From an uncultured Actinomycetes bacterium (GTDB lineage Bacteria > Actinomycetota > Thermoleophilia > Gaiellales > Gaiellaceae): a stretch of 64,000 nt of DNA. The stretch is taken from NCBI GenBank assembly GCA_963739405.1, contig CAVUAH010000012.1, forward strand, positions 48,937 through 112,936, read 5' to 3'. The translations under genes were made by a program, and so were the position numbers. This document shows positions 21,405 through 31,818 of this stretch, in pieces. Every line of letters begins with the position of its first letter. The first letter of the stretch is position 1. Below the pieces are notes generated by a model. It saw only the letters and a list, made by a program, of their open reading frames with translations. It made no database searches and was not told the DNA's origin.

Positions 21405-21430
21405 ACGAGCGCGTATGAGGGGGACGTGGG

Positions 21431-21727
21431 TCAGTCGTGGATGCGGGCGATCAGCTCGCTCCGCTTGACGACCTTGACCTCGATCCCGCCGAGGCGCACC
21501 TCGAAGCCGGCCTCGCGTGGGTAGAGCACCTTGTCGCCGGGCTCGACGCCCGTCACGTCGCTGCCGATCGCGGTCACGATCCCCGTGCGGCAGGCAGCGG
21601 CCTGCGCTGCAGAGGCGGGCAGGATCAGCCCCGCGCGGGTCTCGGTCTCGTCCGACGTCGGCTGGATGACGAGGAACTCGTCGAGCGGCTCGAGCGAGAC
21701 GTCCACGCGGTGCGGGTCCTGGACCAT
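21431..21727 (-). CDS. GroES/Cpn10-family co-chaperone paralog (no groEL adjacent)
   Basis: LEPLDEFLVIQP..ETRAGLILP..GIVTAIG..VEPGDKVLY..ELIARI. Confidence 0.85.
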   Translation of the reverse strand: MVQDPHRVDVSLEPLDEFLVIQPTSDETETRAGLILPASAAQAAACRTGIVTAIGSDVTGVEPGDKVLYPREAGFEVRLGGIEVKVVKRSELIARIHD

Positions 21728-21752
21728 GGCCCGAAACGATATCCACGCGCCC

Positions 21753-21876
21753 CGGTGTCGGACTTCAAGTCCGACACCGAGGCGTTGCGGCGGCGTCAGC
21801 CGCGCAGGGTGTCCGACTCGAAGTCGGACACCGGCGTCAGCCTCGCGCGTGGGTGTCCGACTCGAAGTCGGACACC
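21753..21876. repeat. Three tandem REP-like palindromes
   Basis: GGTGTCCGACTCGAAGTCGGACACC at 21808-21832 and 21852-21876; variant at 21753-21779. Confidence 0.9.
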
Positions 21877-21887
21877 GGTGCGTGGCG

Positions 21888-22679
21888 CTACATCCGCCCG
21901 GCCGCGACGATCCGCTGGAGGAACTGGCGGCGTCCGCTCCTCTCGCGGCGCGCCGAAGAGCTGGTCGGGCGGTCCTTCCTCGAGGATCCGGCCGGCATCC
22001 AGGAAGCACACGCGGTGGGCGACGTCGCGTGCGAAGCCCATCTCGTGAGTCGCGATCAGCATCGTCATCCCGCCGTCGGCCAGCTCGCGGATGACGTCGA
22101 GCACCTCGGCCACGAGCTCGGGGTCGAGGGCGCTCGTGACCTCGTCCAGCAGGAGCAGCTGGGGCTGCATCGCAAGGGCCCGCGCGATCGCGACGCGCTG
22201 CTGCTGGCCTCCCGAGAGCCGGTCGGGGTACTCCTCCCGCTTGTCCGCGAGCCCGAAGCGCTCGAGCAGCCGGGTCGCCTCCGCGTCCGCCTCGGCGCGG
22301 GACAGCCCTCGTGCCTTGCTCGGCGCCGAGCGTGACGTTTCTCGAGACGGTCATGTGCGGAAAGAGGTTGTACGACTGGAAGACGATCCCGATGCCTCGT
22401 CGCACCACGATCGACGTCGACCCCGCGTGCCGTGATCTCCTCCCCGTCGACGAGGATGCGGCCCGCCGCGATCGGCTCGAGCAGGTTGACGCAGCGCAGC
22501 AGCGTCGACTTCCCCGATCCGGAGGCGCCGATCAGGCAGACGACCTCGTGCTCGGCGAGCGTGAGGTCGATCCCGCGGAGCACCTCGAGCTTGCCGAACG
22601 ACTTGTGGAGCCCCTCGATCCGGAGCGCCTCCGACGCTGTCCGACCGGCGTCGGACACCGGATCCGAGCCGTCCGTCAC
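21888..22679 (-). CDS. Polar amino-acid ABC transporter ATP-binding protein (indels)
   Basis: GASGSGKST Walker A, GIVFQSYNLFPH, LLLLDEVTSALDPEL, ATHEMGFA. Confidence 0.92.
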
Positions 22680-22736
22680 GAGGGCCTCCGGAGCGGCCCC
22701 GGGCCTCGTTTGGTGTCCGACTCGAAGTCGGACACC
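22638..22736. repeat. REP-like palindromes at the ABC ATPase start
   Basis: Full copy at 22712-22736; degenerate TGTCCGAC-CGGC-GTCGGACA at 22638-22657. Confidence 0.85.
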
Positions 22737-22752
22737 GGGCGTACGTCGGCAG

Positions 22753-23602
22753 TCATGCGAGCCTCCCCGCCTGCTGGCGGCGCCGGTCGCGGGCGACGAG
22801 CCAGTCGGTGAAGCGGGCCAGGGGGATCGTGATCGCGACGAACAGGGTCGCGGCGACGAGGTACGGCGTGCCGTTGAAGGTCGCCGACTGGTCGATCTGC
22901 GCCTGCTTGAACGCCTCGACGACGCCGAGCGTGCCGACGAGCGCCGTGTCCTTCTGCAGCCCGATGAAGTCGTTGAGAAGGGGCGGGACGACGCGCCGCA
23001 CGGCCTGCGGGAGCACGACGAACCGGAGCGCCTGCCCGTGGGAGAGCCCGAGCGACCGCGCCGCCGCCGCCTGGCTCGGGTGCACGGACTCGATCCCCGA
23101 GCGGTAGACCTCGGAGACGTAGGCCGTGTACACGAGCACGAGCGCGACGACCGCCCAGAAGAACTGCGAGATCGGGACCCACTCGAGGCCGAGCGCCGGC
23201 ATCCCGAAGCCGAGGATCGAGATCACGAGGATCGTCGGGATGCCTCGGAACAGGTCGGTGTAGACGATCGCCAGCGCCCGCAGCGGGAAGAAGACCGGGC
23301 CGGGCAGCGAGCGGAGCACGGCGACGAACAATGCCGCCGGCAGGATGAGGAGCTCCGCGGTGCAGAACAGCTTCACGTTCAGCCAGAACGCGTCGAGGAT
23401 CTCGGGGAAGCTCTCGCGGTAGATCGTGCCGTCGAGGAAGTACGCCTTGAACGCGCCCCAACCGGGCGAGCGCGTGACGATCACGACGACGACCGTCGAC
23501 GAAGACGGCCGTCGAGAGGAGGGCGATGGCGACCGTCCGCGCCTCCTTGGAGACGCGGACGGTGCCGCCGCCGAGGATCCGGGAGCTCCGGTTCCCGTCC
23601 AG
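22753..23602 (-). CDS. Polar amino-acid ABC transporter permease (N-terminal indel, start approximate)
   Basis: YTDLFRGIP, AYVSEVYRSGIESV..QAAAARSLGLS, PQAVRRVVPPLLNDFIGLQKDTAL. Confidence 0.9.
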
Positions 23603-23608
23603 GCGCGA

Positions 23609-24494
23609 TTACTTGATGTCCGGCGCTCCGGCGCGCGCCAGGTACGTCGTCTGGAGCTTCTTGATCGTCCCGTTCCGCCACAGCCGGTCGAGCGCCTTGT
23701 TCACGCAGCCGGTGAGCGAGTTGCCCTTCTGCAAGCACCATGCCGAAGTGCTCCTTCGTGCCGCGCGTCGGGAGCTTGCCGACGATCACGCCGTCGGAGA
23801 CCTGGACGGCGGTGACGTAGAAGGCGGTCGGCAGGTCGACGACGATCCCGTCGATCTGGCCGTTCTTGAGCGCCTGCACCGCGGCGTCGTTCGTGTCGAA
23901 GACGAGCGGCTTGGACGAGGGCTTGATGTAGTTCGTGATGTACGTGTAGCTCGTCGTCCCGACCTGGGCGCCGAGCTTGAACGGCTTCAGGCCTGCGATC
24001 GACTTGACCTTCGCGATCGGCTTGCCCTTGCGGCCGACGACCGCCTGGTTGACGAAGTAGTAGCACTTCGAGAAGTCGACCGCCTTCGCGCGCTCGGGCG
24101 TGTAGGAGACCTGGGTGATGTAGACGTCGAAGGGCTTCTTGCCCGGGCGGAACGAGTTGTTGAAGGGGACGACCGTCCACTTCACCTGCGCCTTCGTGAA
24201 GCCGAGCTCCTTCGCGACTGCGTAGGCGACCGCGGACTCGTAGCCCTTGCCGCTGTACGGGTCGGAGACCTTCCACGGCTTCGTCTTCTCCGCGCCGCCG
24301 AACCACGGCGGGAAGGCCGGGTTGTCGGCGCCGATCGTGAGGGTGCCGTCCTCGACGAGGTTCAGCGAGCCGACGGCGCAGCCGGGGATCGCCGCCGGGG
24401 CCGCCGCGGACGAATGTGCCGCACTCGCCGACGCGGCGAGCGCGAGCACCGCGGCCGCCGCGAGACCGAGGCTCGAGATGAGCAGTTTCCGCAT
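23609..24494 (-). CDS. Amino-acid ABC transporter substrate-binding protein (indel near 23730)
   Basis: Signal peptide; LTIGADNPAFPPW, TPERAKAVDFS, GAQVGTTS, LKNGQIDGIVVD. Confidence 0.9.
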
Positions 24495-24584
24495 GGATCG
24501 TCTCCTCCGAAGGTGATGGGCTCGCGGCGCGAGGCCGCCGGCCCCACGCGAGACTTCAGTTCGGGAAGCGTACCCGGCCGCGCT

Positions 24585-25598
24585 TCAATCCCCGGGCTTC
24601 TTCGCGCGTGACGGCTGCACCCGCGGTGGCTCGCCCGGCATCTTCGGGAAGTTCGGCGGGTACGGGGCCTCGCCCACGCCTGCGGCTTCCTCCCGCTCGA
24701 CCCACTCGAGCAGCACGCGAAGGTCGCACACGACGTCGTCGATGCCCGCCTGGACGTCGCCGAGCCGCCCGAACCGCTCCGGCATCGTCACGAGCGTGAA
24801 GTCCTCGGTCTCGACGTCGGGCAGCTCGTCCCAGGTCACGGGCGCGGAGACGGTCGCGTCGGGTCGCGGCCGCACGGAGTACGCGGACGCGATCGTCCGG
24901 TCGCGGGCGTTCTGGTTGTAGTCGATGAACACCTTCTCGCCGCGCTCCTCCTTCCACCACGCCGTCGTGACGAGGTCGGGGGCGCGGCGCTCGATCTCCC
25001 GCGCGAACGCGAGCGCGCAGCGGCGGACGACGGGGAACTCCCACTGCGGCTCGATCCGCACGGCGATGTGGATGCCGCGGTTCCCGGATGTCTTCGGCCA
25101 GCCCGTGTAGCCGATCTCGGCGAGCGTCTCGCGCACGACGGCGGCGACCTTCTTCCCGTCCGCGAACGTCGTGCCCGGCTGCGGGTCGACGTCGATCCGC
25201 AGCTCGTCGGGTCGGTCGACGTCCGCCCGTCGCGACGGCCAGGGATGGAAGTCCACGACCGCGAGGTTCGCCCCCCAGATCACCTGCGCGAGCTCGGTGA
25301 CGCAGAGCTCGTCGGCGTGGCGGCCCGAGGGGAACGTGACGCGCGCGACCTCGACCCACTCGGGGCGCTTCTCCGGGACGCGCTTCTGGTAGATCTGCTC
25401 GCCCGCGATGCCGTCCGGGAAGCGGCGCAGCTGCGTCGGCCGCTCGCGGAGGGCGCGGACGATGCCGTCGCCGACCGCGAGGTAGTAGTCGACGAGGTCG
25501 CGCTTGGTGTACCCCGCCTCCGGGAACAGCACCTTCTGCGGGTTCGTGACCTTCACCGTCCGCGTGCCGACCTCCAGCTCGACGAAGGGCGATGCCAT
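24585..25598 (-). CDS. Stand-alone LigD-type primase-polymerase (Prim-PolC-like)
   Basis: RRFPDG, PDELRIDVDP, KTSGNRGIH, VFIDYNQNARDRTIASAYSVR. Confidence 0.93.
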   Translation of the reverse strand: MASPFVELEVGTRTVKVTNPQKVLFPEAGYTKRDLVDYYLAVGDGIVRALRERPTQLRRFPDGIAGEQIYQKRVPEKRPEWVEVARVTFPSGRHADELCVTELAQVIWGANLAVVDFHPWPSRRADVDRPDELRIDVDPQPGTTFADGKKVAAVVRETLAEIGYTGWPKTSGNRGIHIAVRIEPQWEFPVVRRCALAFAREIERRAPDLVTTAWWKEERGEKVFIDYNQNARDRTIASAYSVRPRPDATVSAPVTWDELPDVETEDFTLVTMPERFGRLGDVQAGIDDVVCDLRVLLEWVEREEAAGVGEAPYPPNFPKMPGEPPRVQPSRAKKPGD

Positions 25599-25601
25599 GG
25601 C

Positions 25602-26687
25602 CTACGTGTCCGTCCCGGCGACGTGCTGGAGGAGGCTCGTGAGGGAGTCGCCCCCGTCGTGCGGCGGGCGGAGCTCGCGCCAGGTGCATTGGGAGGGATC
25701 CTTGTCGGGCCGAAGCCGCAGCAGCTTCGTCCCGTGGCGAAAGCGACGGCCCTGCACCTTGTCGTAGCGCACCTCGACGACCACCTCGGGCCGGACGGGC
25801 GCCTCCTCCAGCTCGCCACCGCCCCAGCGGTTGGGCTCGGAGAAGCGCCGCTCGGGGGCGTCCTCGAGCAACGGCAGCACGACGGCGGCGATCTCGTCGT
25901 GGCGCGCAGGCGCCACCGCGGCGGAGCCGACGTAGTCGAGGTCGCCGTCGTCGTCCCAGAGGCCCAGGAGAAGCGTTGCGATCCGGCGCTCGCCGTCGCT
26001 CTTCCAGCGAATGCCCGCCACGACGCAGTCGGCCGTCTTCTCCGGCTTGACCTTGACGACGGCGCTGCGCTCGCCTGCGCGGTAGGGCTCGTCGCGGCGC
26101 TTCGCGATCACGCCGTCGAGCCCGATCGCCTCGAACGACGAGAGCCACTCGAGCGCCTCGTCGCGATCGAGCGTGCAGGGCGACAGGACGAAGCCGCGCC
26201 CCAGCTCTTCCAGCGTCGATCGCCGCGAGGCGAGCGGCGCCGACCAGCGCTCCTCGCCGTCCCAGACGAGCATGTCGAACGCGACGAAGCTCGCCGGGAT
26301 CTCCGCCGACAGCTTGCGAACCCGGCTCTCCGCGGGGTGCAGCCTCGTCTGCATCGCGTCGAAGTCGAGGACGCCGTCGCGCACGATCACGATCTCGCCG
26401 TCGAGGCAGGAACGCGGCGGGAGGAGCTCGCCGAGCGGTGCGAGCTCGGGGAAGTAGCGAAGCAGCGGCCTCGCGTTCCGCGACCACAGCCGGAGCTCAC
26501 CGGCGCCGTTCTCGAGCAGTCCGCGGAAGCCGTCCCACTTCGGCTCGTACTGCCACTGGTCCCCCTCGGGGAGCTCGCGGACGAGCTCCGCCTCCATCGG
26601 CGGGAACGGGATCGAGGGATCGAGGTCGGCGGGTCGCTCGACGGGCTCGCTCGACCGGCTCCGGCGGGGGCGTGCCATCGGGCACAC
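25602..26687 (-). CDS. ligC: ATP-dependent DNA ligase (LigC-like)
   Basis: YEPKWDGFR, LDGEIV, FVAFD, DGVIAK, VKVK, EVRYD..RFRH..RPDKDP; paired with Prim-Pol. Confidence 0.88.
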   Translation of the reverse strand: MCPMARPRRSRSSEPVERPADLDPSIPFPPMEAELVRELPEGDQWQYEPKWDGFRGLLENGAGELRLWSRNARPLLRYFPELAPLGELLPPRSCLDGEIVIVRDGVLDFDAMQTRLHPAESRVRKLSAEIPASFVAFDMLVWDGEERWSAPLASRRSTLEELGRGFVLSPCTLDRDEALEWLSSFEAIGLDGVIAKRRDEPYRAGERSAVVKVKPEKTADCVVAGIRWKSDGERRIATLLLGLWDDDGDLDYVGSAAVAPARHDEIAAVVLPLLEDAPERRFSEPNRWGGGELEEAPVRPEVVVEVRYDKVQGRRFRHGTKLLRLRPDKDPSQCTWRELRPPHDGGDSLTSLLQHVAGTDT

Positions 26688-26714
26688 CGTACCGCCGAGT
26701 AGTCTCCGAGCCGC

Positions 26715-27944
26715 ATGCGACGCGTCGTCATCACCGGGCTCGGGGCCGTCACGCCGATCGGTCTCGACGCACCTTCGACGTGGGACGCGGCGGTCTCCGG
26801 AAGGAGCGGCGTCGGCTGGATCGAGGCGTTCGACGCCTCGGAGTACCCCGTGCGCATCGCCGCCGAGGTGCGCGGCTTCGACCCCGGCGAGCTCGTGCCG
26901 CCCAAGGAGGCGCGCCGGATGGACCGCAACGTCCTCCTCGCAGTTGCCGCAGCGCAGGAGGCCTGGGACGACGCGGGGCTCGACGAGGTCGACCCGACGC
27001 GGGTCGGGATCCTGGTGGGGTCGGCGATCGGCGGGATCGCGACGATCGTCGAGCAGCAGCAGGTCTTCGCCGACCGCGGCCCGGATCGCGTCTCCCCGTT
27101 CTTCATCCCCTCCGTGCTCGTCGACACGGCGAGCGGGCAGATCGCGATCCAGCTCGGTCTCAAGGGGCAGAACTTCGCGCCGGTCTCCGCGTGCGCAACG
27201 GGCTCGACCGCGATCGGCGAGGCAGCGGCGTCCATCCGCCGCGGCCAGGCCGACGTCGTGCTGGCCGGCGGCACCGAGGCGCCGATCATCCCGCTCATCC
27301 TCGCCGGCTTCTGCGCGATGCGCGGGCTCGTCGCCGAGGAGGAGGATCCCACGCTCGCCTCACGGCCGTTCGACGCGACGCGTGCGGGGTTCGTGATGGG
27401 GGAGGGGGCCTGCATCCTCGTGCTCGAGGAGCTCGAGGCCGCGCGCGCCCGCGGCGCGACGATCTACGCGGAGGTGCTCGGCTACGGCGCCTCGAACGAC
27501 GCGCACCACCTCGCGCAGCCGGAGCCGGAGGCGACGGGCGTGGCCGCGATGATCGCCTCGGCGCTCGACGCGGCGGGCGTCGCGCCCGAGCGTGTCGGGT
27601 ACGTCAACGCCCACGGCACGTCCACGCCGCTCGGCGACCTCGCCGAGACCCGCGCGCTGAAGCAGGTCTTCGGCGACCACGCCTACCGCCTCGCGGTCTC
27701 GTCGACGAAGTCCGTGACCGGGCACTGCTTCGGGTCGGCGGGCGCCGTCGAGGCGATGATGTGCGCGCTGGCGCTGCACGACGGCGTCCTCCCGCCGACG
27801 ATCAACTACCGGAACCCCGATCCGGAATGCGACCTCGACTACGTGCCGAACGAGGCGCGCCGGGTCGAGGTCGACGTCGCGCTGTCCAACGCGATGGGCC
27901 TCGGCGGCCACAACGCCTGCGTCCTGCTCGGCCGGGTCGACTGA
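26715..27944 (+). CDS. fabF: Beta-ketoacyl-ACP synthase II
   Basis: RRVVITGLGAVTPIG, SACATG, NAHGTST, SSTKSVTGH, SNAMGLGGHN. Confidence 0.95.
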   Translation: MRRVVITGLGAVTPIGLDAPSTWDAAVSGRSGVGWIEAFDASEYPVRIAAEVRGFDPGELVPPKEARRMDRNVLLAVAAAQEAWDDAGLDEVDPTRVGILVGSAIGGIATIVEQQQVFADRGPDRVSPFFIPSVLVDTASGQIAIQLGLKGQNFAPVSACATGSTAIGEAAASIRRGQADVVLAGGTEAPIIPLILAGFCAMRGLVAEEEDPTLASRPFDATRAGFVMGEGACILVLEELEAARARGATIYAEVLGYGASNDAHHLAQPEPEATGVAAMIASALDAAGVAPERVGYVNAHGTSTPLGDLAETRALKQVFGDHAYRLAVSSTKSVTGHCFGSAGAVEAMMCALALHDGVLPPTINYRNPDPECDLDYVPNEARRVEVDVALSNAMGLGGHNACVLLGRVD

Positions 27945-27992
27945 CGTCCCGGGCGCGCGTTGGGACTCGACAGCAGGCGCATCGCAGACACA

Positions 27993-29312
27993 ATGCAAGA
28001 GGTGGGCACGGGATCGGAGACCGCATCCCTCGGGCACGGCGCGGCCGTTCCGGGAGCGACGGCATGCCGTCATTGCGGTGCACCGCTCGAGCTGACCGTC
28101 GTGGATCTCGGCAAGTCGCCCCTCTGCCAGACCGTGCTCACGACCGAGCAGCTCGAGCAGGTCGAGGCGTTCTATCCGCTCCACGTGCGCGCGTGCGAGC
28201 GGTGCTGGCTCGTGCAGATCCCGCAGTTCGTGCCGCCCGAGGACATCTTCACCGAGTACGCCTACTTCTCGGCGTACTCGGACTCGTGGGTCGAGCACGC
28301 GCGCCGCTACGTCGAAGCGATGACCGAGCGACTCGGGCTCGGGAGCGACAGCCTGGTCGTCGAGCTCGCGTCGAACGACGGCTATCTGCTCCAGCACTTC
28401 CTGCCGAAGGGCATCCCCGTGCTCGGTGTGGAGCCGGCTCTGAACGTCGCCGAGGCCGCGGTCGCCCGCGGAGTCCCGACGATCACGGAGTTCTTCGGCG
28501 CCGAGTTGGGGCGCCAGCTTGCCGAGCAGCGCGGGACGGCCGACCTCGTGCTCGGGAACAACGTTCTCGCCCAGGTCCCGGACATCAACGACTTCGTCGC
28601 GGGTGTGGCGGCGCTCCTCGGGGCGGACGGGACGGCGACGTTCGAGTTCCCGCACCTGGCGAAGCTGATCGAGCACCTCGAGTACGACACGATCTATCAC
28701 GAGCACTTCTCCTACTTCTCGGTGCACTCGATCCGGGCGATCTTCGGCGCGCAGGGACTGGACGTCGTCGACGTCGAGGAGCTCCCGAGCCACGGCGGAT
28801 CCTTGCGAGTCTTCCTCCAGCATGCGCGCGCACGAGTTGCGCCGACGCCGGCGGTCGCCGAGCTGCTCGACCGAGAGGACGCGCAGGGCTTGCGCGACCC
28901 CGAGACGTACCGGCGCTTCGCCGACGGCGTCCGCGAGTCGAAGCGTGCACTGCTGGAGCTGCTCATCGACCTGCGGCGGCAGGGGAAGCAGGTTGTCGGC
29001 TACGGGGCGCCCGGGAAAGGCAACACGCTGCTCAACTACTGCGGCATCCGCACGGACTTCCTCGACTACACGGTCGACCGGAATCCGTACAAGCAGGGCA
29101 AGCACACGCCGGGGACACACATCCCGATCCATCAGCCCGAGCGCATCGCGGAGACGCGGCCGGACGTCATCGTGATCCTCCCCTGGAACCTCGCCCGCGA
29201 GATCAGCGAGCAGCTCGCCTATACGGCCGAGTGGGGCGCGACGCTCGTGGTACCCGTGCCGCATGCGATTCGCTTCGCGCCCGGAGCGCTTCCGGCGGGG
29301 GTCACGGGGTGA
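27993..29312 (+). CDS. NDP-sugar C-methyltransferase (SAM-dependent, Zn-finger N-terminus)
   Basis: CRHC..CERC, ELASNDGYLL, YDTIYHEHFSY, GYGAPGKGNTLLNYCG. Confidence 0.9.
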   Translation: MQEVGTGSETASLGHGAAVPGATACRHCGAPLELTVVDLGKSPLCQTVLTTEQLEQVEAFYPLHVRACERCWLVQIPQFVPPEDIFTEYAYFSAYSDSWVEHARRYVEAMTERLGLGSDSLVVELASNDGYLLQHFLPKGIPVLGVEPALNVAEAAVARGVPTITEFFGAELGRQLAEQRGTADLVLGNNVLAQVPDINDFVAGVAALLGADGTATFEFPHLAKLIEHLEYDTIYHEHFSYFSVHSIRAIFGAQGLDVVDVEELPSHGGSLRVFLQHARARVAPTPAVAELLDREDAQGLRDPETYRRFADGVRESKRALLELLIDLRRQGKQVVGYGAPGKGNTLLNYCGIRTDFLDYTVDRNPYKQGKHTPGTHIPIHQPERIAETRPDVIVILPWNLAREISEQLAYTAEWGATLVVPVPHAIRFAPGALPAGVTG

Positions 29313-30118
29313 AGGTCGTCGTCTTCTGCGGCGGGCTCGGCGTGCGGATGGGCGAGGAGACCCAGCGCATCCCGAAGCCGATGATCCGGATCGGCAACCG
29401 CCCGATCCTCTGGCACATCATGCGGTACTACGCGGCCTGGGGGCACACGGAGTTCGTTCTCTGCCTCGGCTACAAGGGCGACGTCATCCGCGAGTACTTC
29501 CTCAACTACAACGAGGCGCTCTTCAACGACTTCGTGCTCGAGGGACACGGCGCCGAGGCCCATGTCGAGCTGCTCCAGCGCGACGTCGGGCGGTGGAGGA
29601 TCACGTTCGTCGACACCGGGATGCAGTCGACGATCGGCGAGAGGCTGAAGGCCGTCGAGGCGTATCTCAACGACGACGACGAGTTCCTGGCCACCTACGG
29701 CGACGGGCTCACGGATGCTCCTCTCGACCAGATGGTCGATGCCTTCCGCACCTCGGGGAAGCTCATCCAGTTCCTCTCGGTGCGACCCCAGTTCAACGCA
29801 CATCGGGTGATCACCGACGAGCGGCGGGACCGTGACGTCGGTGGAGGACATGAGCCTCTCGGACGTTCGGATCAACGGCGGGTTCTTCGCGTGTCGCCGG
29901 GAGCTGCTCGACTGGATCGAGCCCGGCGACGAGCTCGTCGAGGAGACGTTTGCCAAGCTCATCCCGCGGGGCGAGGTCGTCGCGTTCCCGTACGAGGGGT
30001 TCTTCGGGCCGATGGACACGATCAAGGACCGGCAGCGGCTCGAGGCGCTGCTCGAGTCCGGGCGGCGCCGTGGCGACAGGTCGGCCTGCACGAGGAACGC
30101 GAGCCGAGGCCCGCCTGA
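29309..30118 (+). CDS. rfbF: Glucose-1-phosphate cytidylyltransferase (indels)
   Basis: FCGGLGVRM..PKPMIRIG, CLGYKG, TYGDGL, INGGFF, MDTIKD. Confidence 0.88.
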   Translation: MKVVVFCGGLGVRMGEETQRIPKPMIRIGNRPILWHIMRYYAAWGHTEFVLCLGYKGDVIREYFLNYNEALFNDFVLEGHGAEAHVELLQRDVGRWRITFVDTGMQSTIGERLKAVEAYLNDDDEFLATYGDGLTDAPLDQMVDAFRTSGKLIQFLSVRPQFNAHRVITDERRDRDVGGGHEPLGRSDQRRVLRVSPGAARLDRARRRARRGDVCQAHPAGRGRRVPVRGVLRADGHDQGPAAARGAARVRAAPWRQVGLHEEREPRPA

Positions 30119-30773
30119 TGCTGGCGCTCTCGCTCTTCGGCGGCGCTGCGCCGCTGCGCCGCGTGCTCGCGATCGGCTGCCACGCCGACGACATCGAGAT
30201 CGGCTGCGGTGGGACGCTGCTCGCCCTCACGCGCAGCCGGCCCGACGTCGAGGTGACGTGGGTCGTGCTCGGCGCCGAGGGGGAACGTGCGGCCGAGGCG
30301 CGAACGAGCGCGGAGGACTTCCTCACGCGCGCCTCGCGCTCCGAGGTCGTCGTTCACGGGTTCAAGGACGCGTACATGCCGTACTACGGCGAGGCGGTCA
30401 AGGAGGCGTTCGAGCAGCTCAAGCGGGTTCAGCCGGATCTGGTGCTCACCCACACGCGCAATGACCTCCACCAGGACCATCGCCTCGCGTGCGAGCTGAC
30501 GTGGAACACGTTCCGCGACCACCTCATCCTCGAGTACGAGGTGCCGAAGTGGGACGGCGACCTCGGACGTCCCAACCTGTACGTCCCGCTCGACGAGGAT
30601 GTCGTCACCGACAAGCTCGAGCTCGTCCTCCGGCACTTCCCGACGCAGGCGGGGAAGCACTGGTACGACGACGAGACATTCCGAGGGCTCATGCGGCTCC
30701 GGGGCCTCGAATGCGCGTCTGTGTCACGCTACGCCGAGGCGTTCTACGCTCCCAAGGTCACCTCGGCCCCTGA
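30118..30773 (+). CDS. PIG-L/LmbE-family deacetylase-like protein
   Basis: HADDIEIGCGG and DLHQDH motifs; runs in-frame into the next gene, probably through an indel. Confidence 0.85.
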
Positions 30774-30777
30774 TCCG

Positions 30778-31815
30778 ATGCGAATTCTCGTCACCGGCAG
30801 CCACGGCTACATCGGTTCGGTGCTTGCGCCGATCGTCGCCGGCGCAGGCCACGATGTCGTCGGGCTCGACACGTCGTTCTACCGGGGGTGCGACTTCGGA
30901 GACGACCTCGCGACGATTGCGACGGTGCATCGGGACGTGCGGGACGTCACGCCCGCGGACTTCGAGGGGTTCGACGCGGTCGTCCACCTCGCGGCGCTCT
31001 CGAACGACCCGATCGGCGACCTCAACGAGCAGTGGACGTACGACATCAACCTCGACGCGACGCTGCGGGTCGCCCGGGAGGCCAAGGCGGCGGGCGTCGG
31101 GCGGTTCGTCTTCGCCTCGTCGTGCTCGATGTACGGCGCGTCGGGAACGGACGACCTGCTCGACGAGGGGGCGCCGCTTCAGCCGCTGACCGCCTACGCC
31201 GAGTCGAAGGTGCGCGCTGAGGAGGGGCTTGCGGCGCTCGGAGGGGACGGGTTCGCGATCGTCTCGATGCGAAACGCGACGGTCTACGGCGTCTCGCCGC
31301 GGCTTCGCCTGGACATCGTCCTCAACAACCTCGCGGGCTGGGCGCCACACGACCGGCCGGGTCCGGCTCCTGTCGGACGGGCGCTCGTGGCGGCCGCTCG
31401 TCCACGTGCGCGACCTGTCCCGCATGGCGCTCGCGATGCTCGAGGCGCCGGACGAGCTCGTCGCCGGCGAGGCGTTCAACGTCGGCTCGGCCGACAGAAC
31501 TACCTCGTTCGCGACCTCGCCGAGGTGCTCGCCGACGTGACGGGGTGCGACGTCGAGTTCGCGAGCGACGCCTCACCCGACCCGAGGTCGTACCGCGTCG
31601 ATTTCTCCAAGGTCGCGCGTGCGTTCCCGTCGTTCGTATTCGAGTGGGACGCGCGACGTGGCTCGGAGGAGCTCGTGAACGCCTATCGCGCGCTTCCCCT
31701 CACGACCGAGCTCTTCGAGGGGCGTCGCTATGTCCGTCTGCGCCAGCTCCGTCACCTCCTCGACGACGGAGAGCTGGACGACGGGCTGCGGTGGCGCGAC
31801 GATCTGGGCGCGTAG
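30778..31815 (+). CDS. NAD-dependent epimerase/dehydratase (indels)
   Basis: TGSHGYIG, HLAALSNDP, ASSCSMYG, YAESK. Confidence 0.9.
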   Translation: MRILVTGSHGYIGSVLAPIVAGAGHDVVGLDTSFYRGCDFGDDLATIATVHRDVRDVTPADFEGFDAVVHLAALSNDPIGDLNEQWTYDINLDATLRVAREAKAAGVGRFVFASSCSMYGASGTDDLLDEGAPLQPLTAYAESKVRAEEGLAALGGDGFAIVSMRNATVYGVSPRLRLDIVLNNLAGWAPHDRPGPAPVGRALVAAARPRARPVPHGARDARGAGRARRRRGVQRRLGRQNYLVRDLAEVLADVTGCDVEFASDASPDPRSYRVDFSKVARAFPSFVFEWDARRGSEELVNAYRALPLTTELFEGRRYVRLRQLRHLLDDGELDDGLRWRDDLGA

Positions 31816-31818
31816 AGC

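Noticed and set aside
21753-21876. Palindromic repeats with short spacers as a mini-CRISPR
   Set aside because: Only three copies with irregular, related spacers; the same unit is dispersed elsewhere in the window, as expected for REP-like repeats.
24585-26687. Ligase plus polymerase as a novel repair or defence system
   Set aside because: Matches the known actinobacterial LigC/Prim-PolC pair.
26715-27944. fabF as a type II PKS linked to the sugar genes
   Set aside because: No chain-length factor, ACP or cyclase nearby; it looks like an ordinary FabF.
26438-30118. Very long alternative-frame and antisense ORFs (for example 1226 aa, 901 aa, 732 aa)
   Set aside because: Arg/Pro/Gly-rich shadow ORFs expected at this GC content, overlapping well-supported genes.
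29950-31815. PIG-L/epimerase fusion protein
   Set aside because: A TGA in another frame sits just before a normal MRILVTG start; given the indel rate this is most likely two genes.
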